Origin: an uncultured Alphaproteobacteria bacterium
GTDB taxonomy: Bacteria; Pseudomonadota; Alphaproteobacteria; RF32; CAG-239
Assembly (NCBI GenBank): GCA_944389095.1
Contig: CALXLC010000032.1
Span: forward strand, 1-60,521
Reading direction: 5' to 3'
Length of the DNA stretch: 60,521 nt
Shown one piece after another: positions 18,644 through 28,944 of the stretch (position 1 is its first letter; each line of letters begins with the position of its first letter). The translations under genes and the position numbers were made by a program. The notes under the pieces are model-generated. The model was not told where the DNA came from. It saw only the letters and a list, made by a program, of their open reading frames with translations, and made no database searches.

Positions 18644-19582
18644 TTATCCGACATTTCCAAACGGATTAATGTCCTTTTCTTCGCTGGCGGCTCTCAGGTC
18701 AAACAGATTAAGAAAGACCCCCGAAACATAAATCGAAGAATAAGTGCCGATAATAACGCCGGCAACAATCGTAAACGCAAAGCTGCGCAGGGTATCCCCG
18801 CCCCAGATAAGCAGCGCCAGCGCCGCAAACAGAGTGGTGAAACCGGTTAAGATTGTGCGGGATAAAATATCGTTAATGCTTTTGTTCAGCAGGTCATATT
18901 GCGACATCTTTTTGAATTTGCGCAGATTCTCTCTGATACGGTCATAAGTAACAACTTTGTCATTAACCGTATAACCGGCCAGCGTCAGGATTGCCGCCAC
19001 CGTCGTCAGACTAAAGTCAAACTGCAGAAAAGACAGCAAGCCGACCGTAATGACAAGGTCATGAATCAAACCCAGCATGGCGCCGATGGCAAACTGCCAT
19101 TCAAAGCGAAACCAGATATACAGCGAAATCGCCAACACCGCAATAACCGAAGCGATAACGCCGGATTTTTTCAGCTCTCCGCCGACTTGGGGACCGACCA
19201 GTTCCGTCCTGCGATATTCGTAGCTGTCACCCAAAACTTCCTTAATCTGATTAACGGCGGCCATCTGTTCCTGCTCATTAAGCTCTTTGGCCTGAGCGCG
19301 AATCATAATTTCTTCGCCCGTTTCACCGATGCTTTGCAGGTTAACGTCTTCCAGGTCAACTTTATCCAGCTGCTTGCGCAAATCCTCCACATCAATCGGG
19401 GATTCGCTTTTGATTTCCATCAAAATACCGCCGGAAAAATCGATTCCGTAATTGAACCCCTTGACGACAATGCTGATGATTGACAAAGCAATCAACGTCG
19501 CAGAAAAGGCATAAGCTGCTTTTCTGACTTTCATAAAATCAATATTGGTATCCTTGGTTACCCAACTGAAAATTTTTAACAT
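18644..19582 (-). CDS. secF: protein translocase subunit SecF
   Basis: GIDFSGG, VGPQVGGEL, GYTVNDKVVTYDRIREN, GTYSSI. Confidence 0.95.
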   Translation of the reverse strand: MLKIFSWVTKDTNIDFMKVRKAAYAFSATLIALSIISIVVKGFNYGIDFSGGILMEIKSESPIDVEDLRKQLDKVDLEDVNLQSIGETGEEIMIRAQAKELNEQEQMAAVNQIKEVLGDSYEYRRTELVGPQVGGELKKSGVIASVIAVLAISLYIWFRFEWQFAIGAMLGLIHDLVITVGLLSFLQFDFSLTTVAAILTLAGYTVNDKVVTYDRIRENLRKFKKMSQYDLLNKSINDILSRTILTGFTTLFAALALLIWGGDTLRSFAFTIVAGVIIGTYSSIYVSGVFLNLFDLRAASEEKDINPFGNVG

Positions 19583-19600
19583 TTCAAATATCCTCAAATA

Positions 19601-21145
19601 CTAGATTGGCAGTTTTGTCGGCTTATACTTCATCAGCCAGCTTGTAATAATCAGGCGGGTGACCGTAACCGAAGTAAACATGGAGGTTGCAATACCGACA
19701 GCCAACGTGACGGCAAATCCTCTGACCGGTCCTGAACCGAAATAGAACAGAACAAAAGCAGCAACCAGTGTTGTCAGGTTGGAGTCCAAAATTGTTCCCC
19801 AGGCTTCGGTAAAACCGGCTTCAGCCGCATCTTTGGTCGAGCGTCCGTGTTTAACTTCTTCGCGCATTCTTTCAAAGATAAGCACATTGGCATCAACGGC
19901 CATGCCGATTGTCAGAATGATACCGGCAATTCCGGGCAGTGTCAGCGTTGTACCCATAAAGCTGAGAATGCCCAGCATCAAAAACAGGTTCATAAATACG
20001 GTAACCGTTGTAAACAGACCGAACAAACCGTATGCGGCAACCATAAAGACCACAACGGCCGCCAGACCGATAAGGGAAGCAACAACGCCTTCACGGATGG
20101 AATCCGCGCCCAAACCGGCGCCGACGGTTCTTTCTTCCAGCACCTCAAGCGGGGCGGGAAGTGCGCCGGAACGCAGCAACAAAGCCAAATCATTGGCGGA
20201 CTGGACTGTAAAGTTTCCGCTGATTACGCCGCTTCCGCCCAAAATGGCGCTTTGAATGACCGGGGCGGAAATAACCTCGTTATCCAAAACAATCGCCAGC
20301 CGTTCGCCGATGTTTTCTTTTGTCACCTCGCCGAACTTTTTGCCGCCGAGAGAGTTAAACTTGAAGCTGACTACCGGCTCGCCTTCCTGGAAGGCCGGTT
20401 GTGCGTCAACCAGATTTTCCCCGCTGACCACCGGTTTGCGGCTGATAACGTAATACTCTCCCTCACTGCCTTGAGCCAGCCGTGAGGAGGCCGAAAGTTT
20501 ACCCCGTTTGGCTTCTGCGGCTGTAGAACGGCTGTCCACCAAATGGAAAGACATTTTGGCCGTCTTGCCAAGCAGAGCTTTAACTTCTTCCGGATTTTGC
20601 AACCCAGGCAGCTGAACGGCTATGCGATCGGCGCCCTGACTCTGAATAACCGGTTCTTTGGTGCCCAGCTCGTCAATACGGCGGCGGACGATTTCAATTG
20701 ATTGTTCCACAACCCGCATTTTCAACTTGTTGAGTTCAACTTCGCTGTAAGCGATTTCCAAAGTACCGTCGGCATTTTCTTTAACTTCAATGCCGCTGTC
20801 GATTTTGCGAAACTGATTGGCCGCCTTGCTGCGGGAACCGGAATTTTCGATTTTGACCTTAACGGAACTGTCCCCTGCGGCCAGATTTTGATAACGGATT
20901 CTGTTTTCGCGCAAAATTTGCCGGGCGGCGTCTTCAATAGAGGCCATCCGTTCTTTGATAACATCGTCAATCTTAACCTCCAGCAGCAGATTGGAACCGC
21001 CCTGCAGGTCTAATCCCAGATTAATCGGCTGCCACCATGACGGAAGCTTGTCTTTATTGCTGACCAGATTAGGAATGGCAAAAAAGATACCCAATGCGCA
21101 AATGGCAAGAATTATAATTACTCTTGATTTGGATAATTTATACAT
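19601..21145 (-). CDS. secD: protein translocase subunit SecD
   Basis: LGLDLQGG, RRIDELG, LLRSGALPAP, GMAVDANVLIFER. Confidence 0.96.
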   Translation of the reverse strand: MYKLSKSRVIIILAICALGIFFAIPNLVSNKDKLPSWWQPINLGLDLQGGSNLLLEVKIDDVIKERMASIEDAARQILRENRIRYQNLAAGDSSVKVKIENSGSRSKAANQFRKIDSGIEVKENADGTLEIAYSEVELNKLKMRVVEQSIEIVRRRIDELGTKEPVIQSQGADRIAVQLPGLQNPEEVKALLGKTAKMSFHLVDSRSTAAEAKRGKLSASSRLAQGSEGEYYVISRKPVVSGENLVDAQPAFQEGEPVVSFKFNSLGGKKFGEVTKENIGERLAIVLDNEVISAPVIQSAILGGSGVISGNFTVQSANDLALLLRSGALPAPLEVLEERTVGAGLGADSIREGVVASLIGLAAVVVFMVAAYGLFGLFTTVTVFMNLFLMLGILSFMGTTLTLPGIAGIILTIGMAVDANVLIFERMREEVKHGRSTKDAAEAGFTEAWGTILDSNLTTLVAAFVLFYFGSGPVRGFAVTLAVGIATSMFTSVTVTRLIITSWLMKYKPTKLPI

Positions 21146-21156
21146 TTTAAGGCCTT

Positions 21157-21531
21157 TTATTTTTTTGTCTTAGATTTTGTTTTTGAAGAAGTTTTGTTGT
21201 CATTGACGGCAGCGGCCTCAGGCTGCAGCACGCCGCGAATGGACGCGCGGTCAACTTTGATTTTGACGCCCTCGGCAATTTCGACGGTCAGAAATTCCGG
21301 ATCCGCCGCATCGGCAACCGTTGCCAGAATACCGCCGCCGGTAACGATTTTATCCCCTCTTTTAATGGCGGAAATCATGGCATTATGTTGCTTTGCCCGC
21401 TTAATTTGCGGACGGATAAACAAAAAATAAAAAACGGCAAAAATCGCCAGGGCCTGAAGCAGGGTTGAAGTCAGGCTGACAGCCGGGGCCGCAGCGCCGG
21501 CAGCTTGTGCAAAAGCGGGACTGATAAACAT
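21157..21531 (-). CDS. yajC: preprotein translocase subunit YajC
   Basis: FYFLFIRPQ…GDKIVTGGGI…VEIAEGVKIKV; upstream of secD. Confidence 0.93.
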   Translation of the reverse strand: MFISPAFAQAAGAAAPAVSLTSTLLQALAIFAVFYFLFIRPQIKRAKQHNAMISAIKRGDKIVTGGGILATVADAADPEFLTVEIAEGVKIKVDRASIRGVLQPEAAAVNDNKTSSKTKSKTKK

Positions 21532-21673
21532 TTTATTCTCCAAAAAATTAATAACTGTCTGACACTATATATCACGTTCATTTGCTTATATAGGGCAAAT
21601 TTGAATAGTTCACAAGATTTTTTTGCAAAAACGGGCAGATATCGGTATTTATTTCAATTCAAAAACGAAGATT

Positions 21674-22621
21674 TTATTTGAGGTAGCTTTGCGGGTTGAC
21701 GGCCTTTTTGCCGGCGCGTATCTCAAAATGCAGCTGCGGCGTGCTGACGCCGCCGGTGGCGCCGACGGTGGCAATTTTTTCTCCGCGGCGGACTTTTTGG
21801 CCTTTTTTGACCAGCAGGCGGTCATTGTGGGCATAGGCGGTAATCCAGCCGCCGCTGTGTTTAAGCAGAATCAGATTGCCGAACCCGCGCAGTTCGTTGC
21901 CGGCATAAGCAATGGTCCCCGCATCGGCTGCTTTGACGGCGGTGCCGAGGGGGGCCTGAATATTAATACCGTCGTTGTTGCGCCCTTTGGCGATAGGTCC
22001 GAATTTGGAAATAACCCTGCCTTTAACCGGCCAGTCAAATTTGGCGTTCCGCTTTTGAACTTTCGTCGAAGAACTCTGGGCGGTTGTCTTTTTTGCGGAA
22101 GAAGTTGTTTTCTTTTTTGACGAAGACCGGCGGGAGGTCGTCTTTTGAGTCGGTTTGCTGTTGGAAACGTAATGCGTCGGCTGAACGGTGGTAACGACGG
22201 AACCGGGCAAAATAAGTTTTTGGCCGATTTTCAGAGTATATGGCGCGTCAATGTTATTGACGCGGCTGAGTGAACTCATATCTACGTTGTATCTTTTGGA
22301 AATGTTGTAGACCGTATCGCCTTTTTGCACGATATGGTATCTGGCATCGGGAAGCCGGAGCGTCCGGCCGATGGTCAGGGTATAGGGCGGCCGGAGATTG
22401 TTAGTCTCAATCATTTCCCGGATAGGCACGTTATACCGCCGCGAAATGCTGTAAAGGGTATCTCCCTTTTGAACCGTCACATAATCCGGATGCGTGCCGA
22501 AAAAGCCGCTGAGATCATAGCCGAGCAGCCGGATGCGGTCATTTGCGCAGCCGGAAAGCAGGATGACAATCGGGCAGAGCCAGATTAAAAACTTTTTCTT
22601 TAACGTCGGCAAAGCATACAC
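21674..22621 (-). CDS. LysM/M23 peptidase-family lipoprotein (NlpD-like)
   Basis: Lipobox LSGC; two LysM domains (VQKGDT.Y.IS.RY); WPVKG…NDGINI…YAHN…QLHFEIR. Confidence 0.88.
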   Translation of the reverse strand: MYALPTLKKKFLIWLCPIVILLSGCANDRIRLLGYDLSGFFGTHPDYVTVQKGDTLYSISRRYNVPIREMIETNNLRPPYTLTIGRTLRLPDARYHIVQKGDTVYNISKRYNVDMSSLSRVNNIDAPYTLKIGQKLILPGSVVTTVQPTHYVSNSKPTQKTTSRRSSSKKKTTSSAKKTTAQSSSTKVQKRNAKFDWPVKGRVISKFGPIAKGRNNDGINIQAPLGTAVKAADAGTIAYAGNELRGFGNLILLKHSGGWITAYAHNDRLLVKKGQKVRRGEKIATVGATGGVSTPQLHFEIRAGKKAVNPQSYLK

Positions 22622-22678
22622 TTCTCAAGTTTACGACTTAATATTGCTTAAGCGTAGCACGCAGTCATTAATATTTTA

Positions 22679-23725
22679 TTACTTGGAGGGGGCTGGCGGC
22701 AATACGACTGTTCCGCGGTTGTCAGAAGAAACCACGCCGTACGTCCGCTGCTTGAGAGCTGTTTTTATATGCCGCCGCAGCCGCGCCCACATTCCGTCAT
22801 AACTGTCGCTGTAGTTTTTGCGGTTGGTATAAGTAATGACCATCATCTGGGCATTGTATTCGTCAACCCGCAGTTTTTTGATTGCGGGAACCGCTTCTGC
22901 AAAAATCTTTTTGGCAATGGCTTCGGCCTTGTCACGGGAGGTGCCGTTCAGAACCATGACGATTTTGGTCTTGTCCACCCGGCCGATGTTGGCATTGGGA
23001 GTCAGGTTGGCAAAACAAACGTCGCTGACCACTTTTAAGAGCTTGTCCGCCGTTTCAAAGTCAATGCCTTTGCTGATAAAATCATAAAGATCCCGCAGTT
23101 CGACGACAATACAGGAAAATTCCTTATTATAGCGTTTTGCCAGCTGAAAGTCGTGCTCAAAACGATCAAGCAGGGCATGCTCGTTGAGCGCGTTTGTAAA
23201 AATATCGCGGTCGTTAAACTGTGACAGGTTTTCCTGCCAGGCCCGGGCTTCAGAGACGTCTTTGCACAAAAAACTGACGCCTTCGCACTCGAGAATTTCA
23301 TCCAAAATCGGTCGTTCGCGGCACAACATCAGCTGTTTTTGCCCGTTGCCTTTTTGCAGCACAATCTGGGTGTTGATGGTGGATTGATTGCGGCACATTT
23401 TGCTCAGCGCAAATTCCAAAGCGTCACGATTCGCTTTTTTGTCTTCCAGCAGAGAGCCGAGAATTGATTTGCCGATAAGTTCGTCAGGCGAATATCCCAA
23501 AATATCCGCTCCCGATTCGCTGATATAGGTAATGATAAATTCTTTATTAATCTTAAAATAGATATCGCCGTTGGTTTTTTGCGGATTGCTTTGTTGCCCG
23601 TCGTTTTCTTTGATGAGTTCTTTAAGGTTGCGGCTGGTCTGTCTGAGCTTGTTTCGCAGGATAAGGCTGTAAATCAGCAGCAAGACGACGGCAAGACTCA
23701 ACACGGCAATTACGGCAATAATCAT
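22679..23725 (-). CDS. membrane-anchored PAS + degenerate GGDEF-like protein
   Basis: N-terminal TM; PAS (ITYISES…ILGYSPDELIGK); DIFTNALN motif, then GRVDKTKI where RxGGDEF is expected. Confidence 0.7.
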   Translation of the reverse strand: MIIAVIAVLSLAVVLLLIYSLILRNKLRQTSRNLKELIKENDGQQSNPQKTNGDIYFKINKEFIITYISESGADILGYSPDELIGKSILGSLLEDKKANRDALEFALSKMCRNQSTINTQIVLQKGNGQKQLMLCRERPILDEILECEGVSFLCKDVSEARAWQENLSQFNDRDIFTNALNEHALLDRFEHDFQLAKRYNKEFSCIVVELRDLYDFISKGIDFETADKLLKVVSDVCFANLTPNANIGRVDKTKIVMVLNGTSRDKAEAIAKKIFAEAVPAIKKLRVDEYNAQMMVITYTNRKNYSDSYDGMWARLRRHIKTALKQRTYGVVSSDNRGTVVLPPAPSK

Positions 23726-23862
23726 AACGGCTCCTTATATAAAAACATTATATCAGCATAAAGGCAAAAAAGCTAAAGATTGGTTAAATAGAGGTTGCAA
23801 TTTACGCAAAAAAAACTTAATTTTGTAAACCGGAAAAGGAAAATAACGATAAGAAAGAGGCC

Positions 23863-25308
23863 ATGGCTGACAAACCACAAATCATAGACGAAAGCGGAGA
23901 TAAATATAAGTACGGATTTGTAACCGACATCAAAGCCGATACGGTGTCCCGCGGTCTTAACGAAGATATTATCCGCCTGATTTCGCAAAAAAAAGGCGAG
24001 CCGGAATGGCTGCTGGAGCGGCGTCTGAAGGCCTTTGAATTTTGGAAGACCATGACCGAACCGTCCTGGGCCAAACTGGTTTATAACAAGATTGATTACC
24101 AAAATCTGTCTTATTATTCCGCTCCCCGCCAAAAAGCGGCGCCCAAAAGCTTGGACGAGGTAAACCCCGAGCTTTTGGAAACTTACGAAAAATTAGGCAT
24201 CCCCTTAAAAGAGCAGGAGGTGCTGGCCGGTGTCGTCGCAGTTGATGCCGTGTTTGATTCCGTTTCTGTCGCCACGACATACCGTGCCAAACTGGCCGAA
24301 AAGGGTATCATTTTTTGTTCAATTTCCGAGGCTGTTAAAGAGCATCCCGAACTGGTGCAAAAATATTTGGGGTCGGTAGTGCCGTATACGGATAATTTCT
24401 TTGCCTGTCTTAATTCGGCGGTGTTTACTGACGGGTCTTTCGTTTATATCCCCAAAGGCGTCCGCTGTCCGATGGAGTTATCGACGTATTTTCGGATTAA
24501 TGCCAAAAACACCGGACAGTTTGAACGGACGCTGATTATCGCCGACGATGACAGTTATGTTTCTTATCTGGAAGGCTGTACGGCGCCGCAGCGGGATGAA
24601 AATCAACTTCATGCCGCCATTGTCGAAATAGTGGTGCTGAACAATGCCGAGGTCAAATATTCAACGGTTCAGAACTGGTATCCCGGAGATAAAGACGGTA
24701 AAGGCGGCGTATATAATTTTGTCACCAAGCGGGCCGCCTGCCGCGGTATAAATGCCAAAGTTTCCTGGACGCAGGTCGAAACCGGTTCGGCCGTCACCTG
24801 GAAATATCCTTCTTGCGTGCTGCAGGGCGATAACTCATCCGGCGAATTTTATTCGGTGGCCATTACCAACAACCGCCAGCAGGCCGATACCGGAACCAAA
24901 ATGATTCATATCGGCAGAAATACCACTTCCAAAATCATCTCCAAGGGGATTTCCGCCGGCTGCTCCAATCAAACATACCGGGGGTTGGTCAAAGTGGCGC
25001 CCGGGGCTTCCGGCGTACGCAATTATTCGCAGTGTGACAGTTTGCTGATTGGGGATTCCTGTGGATCGCACACCGTCCCGTATATCGAAAACCGCAACAA
25101 GACAGCAGTCATCGAACATGAGGCGACTACCTCAAAAATCAGCGACGAGCAGTTGTTTTACTGTCGCCAGCGGGGTATTGGCGAAGAGGAGGCTGTCAGC
25201 CTGATTGTCAACGGTTTTTGCAAAGAGGTGATGCAGCATCTGCCGATGGAATTTGCCATAGAGGCGGCCAAGTTGATTAACATAAGTTTGGAAGGGAGTG
25301 TCGGGTAA
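23863..25308 (+). CDS. sufB: Fe-S cluster assembly protein SufB
   Basis: [39 protein letters not shown]. Confidence 0.97.
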   Translation: MADKPQIIDESGDKYKYGFVTDIKADTVSRGLNEDIIRLISQKKGEPEWLLERRLKAFEFWKTMTEPSWAKLVYNKIDYQNLSYYSAPRQKAAPKSLDEVNPELLETYEKLGIPLKEQEVLAGVVAVDAVFDSVSVATTYRAKLAEKGIIFCSISEAVKEHPELVQKYLGSVVPYTDNFFACLNSAVFTDGSFVYIPKGVRCPMELSTYFRINAKNTGQFERTLIIADDDSYVSYLEGCTAPQRDENQLHAAIVEIVVLNNAEVKYSTVQNWYPGDKDGKGGVYNFVTKRAACRGINAKVSWTQVETGSAVTWKYPSCVLQGDNSSGEFYSVAITNNRQQADTGTKMIHIGRNTTSKIISKGISAGCSNQTYRGLVKVAPGASGVRNYSQCDSLLIGDSCGSHTVPYIENRNKTAVIEHEATTSKISDEQLFYCRQRGIGEEEAVSLIVNGFCKEVMQHLPMEFAIEAAKLINISLEGSVG

Positions 25309-25595
25309 TGATAAATCCGGTTTTGAAGCGGGCTTTGCAAACCTGGGGCGAACAGCCGCAAATGCTGATGGTGGTTGAAGAAATGTCGGAATTGATGAAA
25401 GAAGTTCTGAAAAACATCAACCGCAAAAAAGATAATATTGATGCGATTATTGAAGAAACCGCCGATGTCGAAATCATGCTTGAGCAACTGAAAGAAAATT
25501 ACCGGATTGCCGAAAAAGTTGAAGCTTATAAAGCCCAAAAGATAAAATTGATAGAGCAGCGTTTGAACGACTGGGACAAAACCCACGCCGCATAG
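25308..25595 (+). CDS. MazG-like all-alpha NTP pyrophosphohydrolase-family protein
   Basis: EEMSEL…EETADV.IMLEQL acidic motif; TAATG coupling to sufB. Confidence 0.7.
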   Translation: MINPVLKRALQTWGEQPQMLMVVEEMSELMKEVLKNINRKKDNIDAIIEETADVEIMLEQLKENYRIAEKVEAYKAQKIKLIEQRLNDWDKTHAA

Positions 25596-25604
25596 GAGAA
25601 GAGA

Positions 25605-26366
25605 ATGAATAAGACACCGTTGTTGGAAATAGAAGATCTGCATGCCCGGGTATGTGACAAAGAAATTATCAAAGGTTTCAGCTTAACGATTAATGAAGGG
25701 GAAGTCCATGCGATAATGGGGCCGAACGGGGCGGGAAAATCAACTTTGTCTTATGTCTTGTGCGGCAAACCCGGATACGAAGTAACCGCGGGTTCAATCC
25801 GCTTCCGCGGTAAAAACCTGCTGTCCATGTCGCCGGAAGAGCGTGCGCGGGAAGGCGTTTTTTTGTGCATGCAATATCCGGTTGAAATTCCCGGCGTTCC
25901 GACGGCTACTTTCTTAAAACATGCCGTAAACGCGATTCGCCAGCATCATTGTCTGCCGGAACTGGATACCATGGAATTTTTGAAAATGGTGCGTGAAGAA
26001 GGTAAAAAGCTGGGCATAGATGCCGAGATGATTAAACGTCCGGTCAATGTCGGCTTCTCGGGCGGCGAAAAAAAACGTCTTGAAACCCTGCAGATGTCGA
26101 TTTTGAAACCGGCCCTTTCAATTTTGGACGAAGCCGATTCCGGCCTGGATATCGACGCCCTTAAAATTGTGGCCGAAGGCGTAAATGCTTTGCGCGACGG
26201 CAGGCGTTCCATGCTTGTCATTACCCACTACCAGCGACTGTTAAATTATATTATTCCGGATTTTGTGCATGTTTTTGCCGAAGGGCATATCGTAAAATCC
26301 GGAGACAAAAACTTGGCCTTGGAATTGGAAGAAAAAGGCTACGCCGAATTTGTGAGAGAAAAATAG
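25605..26366 (+). CDS. sufC: Fe-S assembly ATPase SufC
   Basis: GPNGAGKST, VNVGFSGGEKKR, LDEADSGLDIDAL, ITHYQRLL. Confidence 0.97.
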   Translation: MNKTPLLEIEDLHARVCDKEIIKGFSLTINEGEVHAIMGPNGAGKSTLSYVLCGKPGYEVTAGSIRFRGKNLLSMSPEERAREGVFLCMQYPVEIPGVPTATFLKHAVNAIRQHHCLPELDTMEFLKMVREEGKKLGIDAEMIKRPVNVGFSGGEKKRLETLQMSILKPALSILDEADSGLDIDALKIVAEGVNALRDGRRSMLVITHYQRLLNYIIPDFVHVFAEGHIVKSGDKNLALELEEKGYAEFVREK

Positions 26367-26367
26367 C

Positions 26368-27660
26368 ATGGCCGGATTAATACAAAAAACGGAATTAATG
26401 GGAGAAGAGATACCCTGGCTTTCAACACTTCGGAAACAGGGACTGGAAGCCTATCAGAAGCAGGGATTCCCCGGGGCCAAAACCGAGGCCTGGAAATATA
26501 CCAAACCCCGGGCGCTCAATGCGGACGATTATGTCGTCAATACCGGAAAAAAACAAACGGATTTCCCTTCAAAAGAAAAGATTGAGGGCAAAGCCGATGT
26601 GTTTGAACCTTTGCCGGAAGGATACGGAATTTATTTTGAAAACGGCATTTTTAATCCGGCGGCCAGCGATTTGCCGCAGGGCGTGGAGGTCTTGCCGCTG
26701 ATAGAGGCCGTTATGCTTCGCGGCGAGGTAAAAGACCGTCTGGGAAAATTAGTCGATTTGGAGCGCCATCCTTTTGCGGCGCTGAACACATACTATTTGC
26801 AGGAAGGCGTTTACATCCGCATAGAAAAAAATGTCACCCTCAAAAAACCGTTGATTATAATAAATCATACCGCGGCGGGCCGTGAAAATCTTTTTTTCAA
26901 TCTGCGCAATCTGATTGTTTTGGAGGAGGGGGCCGCAGCCGGACTGATTGAATATTACCATTACAGCAGCGAGGTCAAATCGCGTTATTTCTGTAATGTC
27001 GTCAATGAGGTTTTTTTGGAGAAAAACAGCGCCCTTCGGCATTATAAACTCCAGAACGAGGCCTTTAAGGCCGGGCACATGGCTCTGACGATTGTGGAGG
27101 AAAAATCCGGCGCGTCATATGAGGGTTTCTGTCTGCAAAAAGGGGCGGATATTGCCCGTAACGAAACCCGTGTGCTGCTGACGGAAGAACAAGCCCGGGC
27201 CGAAGTCAATGCGGCATATGTCATGAACGGCTGGGCGACGCTGGACACCACGACGGATATTGAGCATCTGGCTCCCTGTACGTTTTCGGAGCAGTTGGTC
27301 AAAGGAGTGGTCGGCGGCGATGCCAAAGGTGTTTTTCAAGGAAAAATCCGCATTGCGCCGCATGCGGTAAAAACCGAAGGCCGCCAGCTGCATAAAGCGT
27401 TGCTGCTGAGCGATACGGCGGAAATCGACGCCAAGCCCGAATTGGAAATTTTTGCGGACGACGTCAAGTGTTCGCACGGCGCTGCCAGCGGCGAACTTGA
27501 CGAGGAACAGCTGTTTTATATGCAAAGCCGCGGTATCGGCAGAGAAGAAGCCAAACATCTGTTGATAGAAGCTTATCTCAATGATGTCATCTCCAAAATA
27601 AGGGATGAAAATATCCGCCGGTGGATTACATCATATGCACATTCATCCGCAGGAGAATAA
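26368..27660 (+). CDS. sufD: Fe-S assembly protein SufD
   Basis: EAWKYT, GVFQGKI, KPELEIFADDVKCSHGA. Confidence 0.95.
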   Translation: MAGLIQKTELMGEEIPWLSTLRKQGLEAYQKQGFPGAKTEAWKYTKPRALNADDYVVNTGKKQTDFPSKEKIEGKADVFEPLPEGYGIYFENGIFNPAASDLPQGVEVLPLIEAVMLRGEVKDRLGKLVDLERHPFAALNTYYLQEGVYIRIEKNVTLKKPLIIINHTAAGRENLFFNLRNLIVLEEGAAAGLIEYYHYSSEVKSRYFCNVVNEVFLEKNSALRHYKLQNEAFKAGHMALTIVEEKSGASYEGFCLQKGADIARNETRVLLTEEQARAEVNAAYVMNGWATLDTTTDIEHLAPCTFSEQLVKGVVGGDAKGVFQGKIRIAPHAVKTEGRQLHKALLLSDTAEIDAKPELEIFADDVKCSHGAASGELDEEQLFYMQSRGIGREEAKHLLIEAYLNDVISKIRDENIRRWITSYAHSSAGE

Positions 27661-27663
27661 AAA

Positions 27664-28878
27664 ATGTACGATGTTGAAGCCGTCAGAAGAGATTTTCCGG
27701 TTTTGTCCCGGAGCATAAACGGCAAACCAAACACTTTTTTGGATTCGGGGGCATCTGCGCAAAAACCGCAGCAGGTCATAGACCGCATCATGGAAATTTA
27801 CACCCGCGAATATTCCAATGTTCATCGCGGATCATATCTGCTGAGTGAGGAGATAACATCGGAGTATGAGGCCGCACGGAAAAAAGTGCAGAAATTTTTG
27901 AATGCCGAAAGCGAACGCGAAATCATCTTCACCCGCAATGCCACGGAGTCGATTAATCTGGTGGCATCAACCTGGGGACGCAAGTTTCTGACCAGAATTG
28001 ACGAAGTGCTGATTTCGGAAGCTGAGCATCATGCCAATCTGGTCCCCTGGCAAATGCTGCGTGATGAAATCGGATTCGAACTGAAAATTTTTAAGATAAA
28101 CGACGACGGCAGTTTCAATTGGGATGAATACCGACGCGGCCTCGGCGGCAAAACCAAATTGGTTGCCGTTACCGGCATGTCAAATGTGTTGGGAACGATT
28201 TTTCCTCTGAAAGAAATGATACGGGCCGCGCATGATGTCGGTGCCAAGGTTTTGGTGGATGCCTGTCAATACGTTGTGCATCAGAAAACCGACGTGCAGG
28301 ATTTGAATTGTGATTTTCTGGCTTTTTCGGGGCATAAGACCTACGGCCCGACCGGTATTGGCGTTTTATACGGCAAAGCCGGAATTTTAGAGGCCATGCC
28401 GCCCTATCAGTTTGGCGGAGATATGGTTGATGTTGTCACCTATCAGACGACGACGTTTGACGAACCGCCGGCAAGGTTTGAAGCCGGAACGCCGGCAATC
28501 GTTCAGGCCATCGGCTTGGGCACGGCATTGGATTATATGCAAAATCTCGGTATGGAAAACATTACCGCTCATGAAAACGAATTGGTTGATTACATGCATT
28601 CCCGCCTCTCTGAGGTCAAAGGGGTGCATGAAATCGGCACGGCGCCGGGCAAGGGCGGCGTGTTTTCAATAGCCGTCGACGGAATACATCCGCAGGATTT
28701 GGCTTTTATTCTGGATAAGGAGGGCGTTGCCGTTCGTGTCGGGCATCACTGTGCCGCGCCGTTGGTTCGCCGTATGGGGTACGAGTCGCTGACCCGGGCC
28801 AGTTTCGGCCTGTACACCAATCATGCGGATATCGACCGTTTTATTGAAGCTCTGCACAAGGCCCAAACCTTTTTCTGA
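27664..28878 (+). CDS. sufS: cysteine desulfurase SufS
   Basis: LDSGASAQKP, EHHAN, FSGHKTYGPTGIG, VRVGHHCA. Confidence 0.96.
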   Translation: MYDVEAVRRDFPVLSRSINGKPNTFLDSGASAQKPQQVIDRIMEIYTREYSNVHRGSYLLSEEITSEYEAARKKVQKFLNAESEREIIFTRNATESINLVASTWGRKFLTRIDEVLISEAEHHANLVPWQMLRDEIGFELKIFKINDDGSFNWDEYRRGLGGKTKLVAVTGMSNVLGTIFPLKEMIRAAHDVGAKVLVDACQYVVHQKTDVQDLNCDFLAFSGHKTYGPTGIGVLYGKAGILEAMPPYQFGGDMVDVVTYQTTTFDEPPARFEAGTPAIVQAIGLGTALDYMQNLGMENITAHENELVDYMHSRLSEVKGVHEIGTAPGKGGVFSIAVDGIHPQDLAFILDKEGVAVRVGHHCAAPLVRRMGYESLTRASFGLYTNHADIDRFIEALHKAQTFF

Positions 28879-28944
28879 GGCGCATTGACAAGCCCCCGAA
28901 ATGGTTTATAACAGCACCAAATTTATGTAGAGGAGTAGTGTTTC

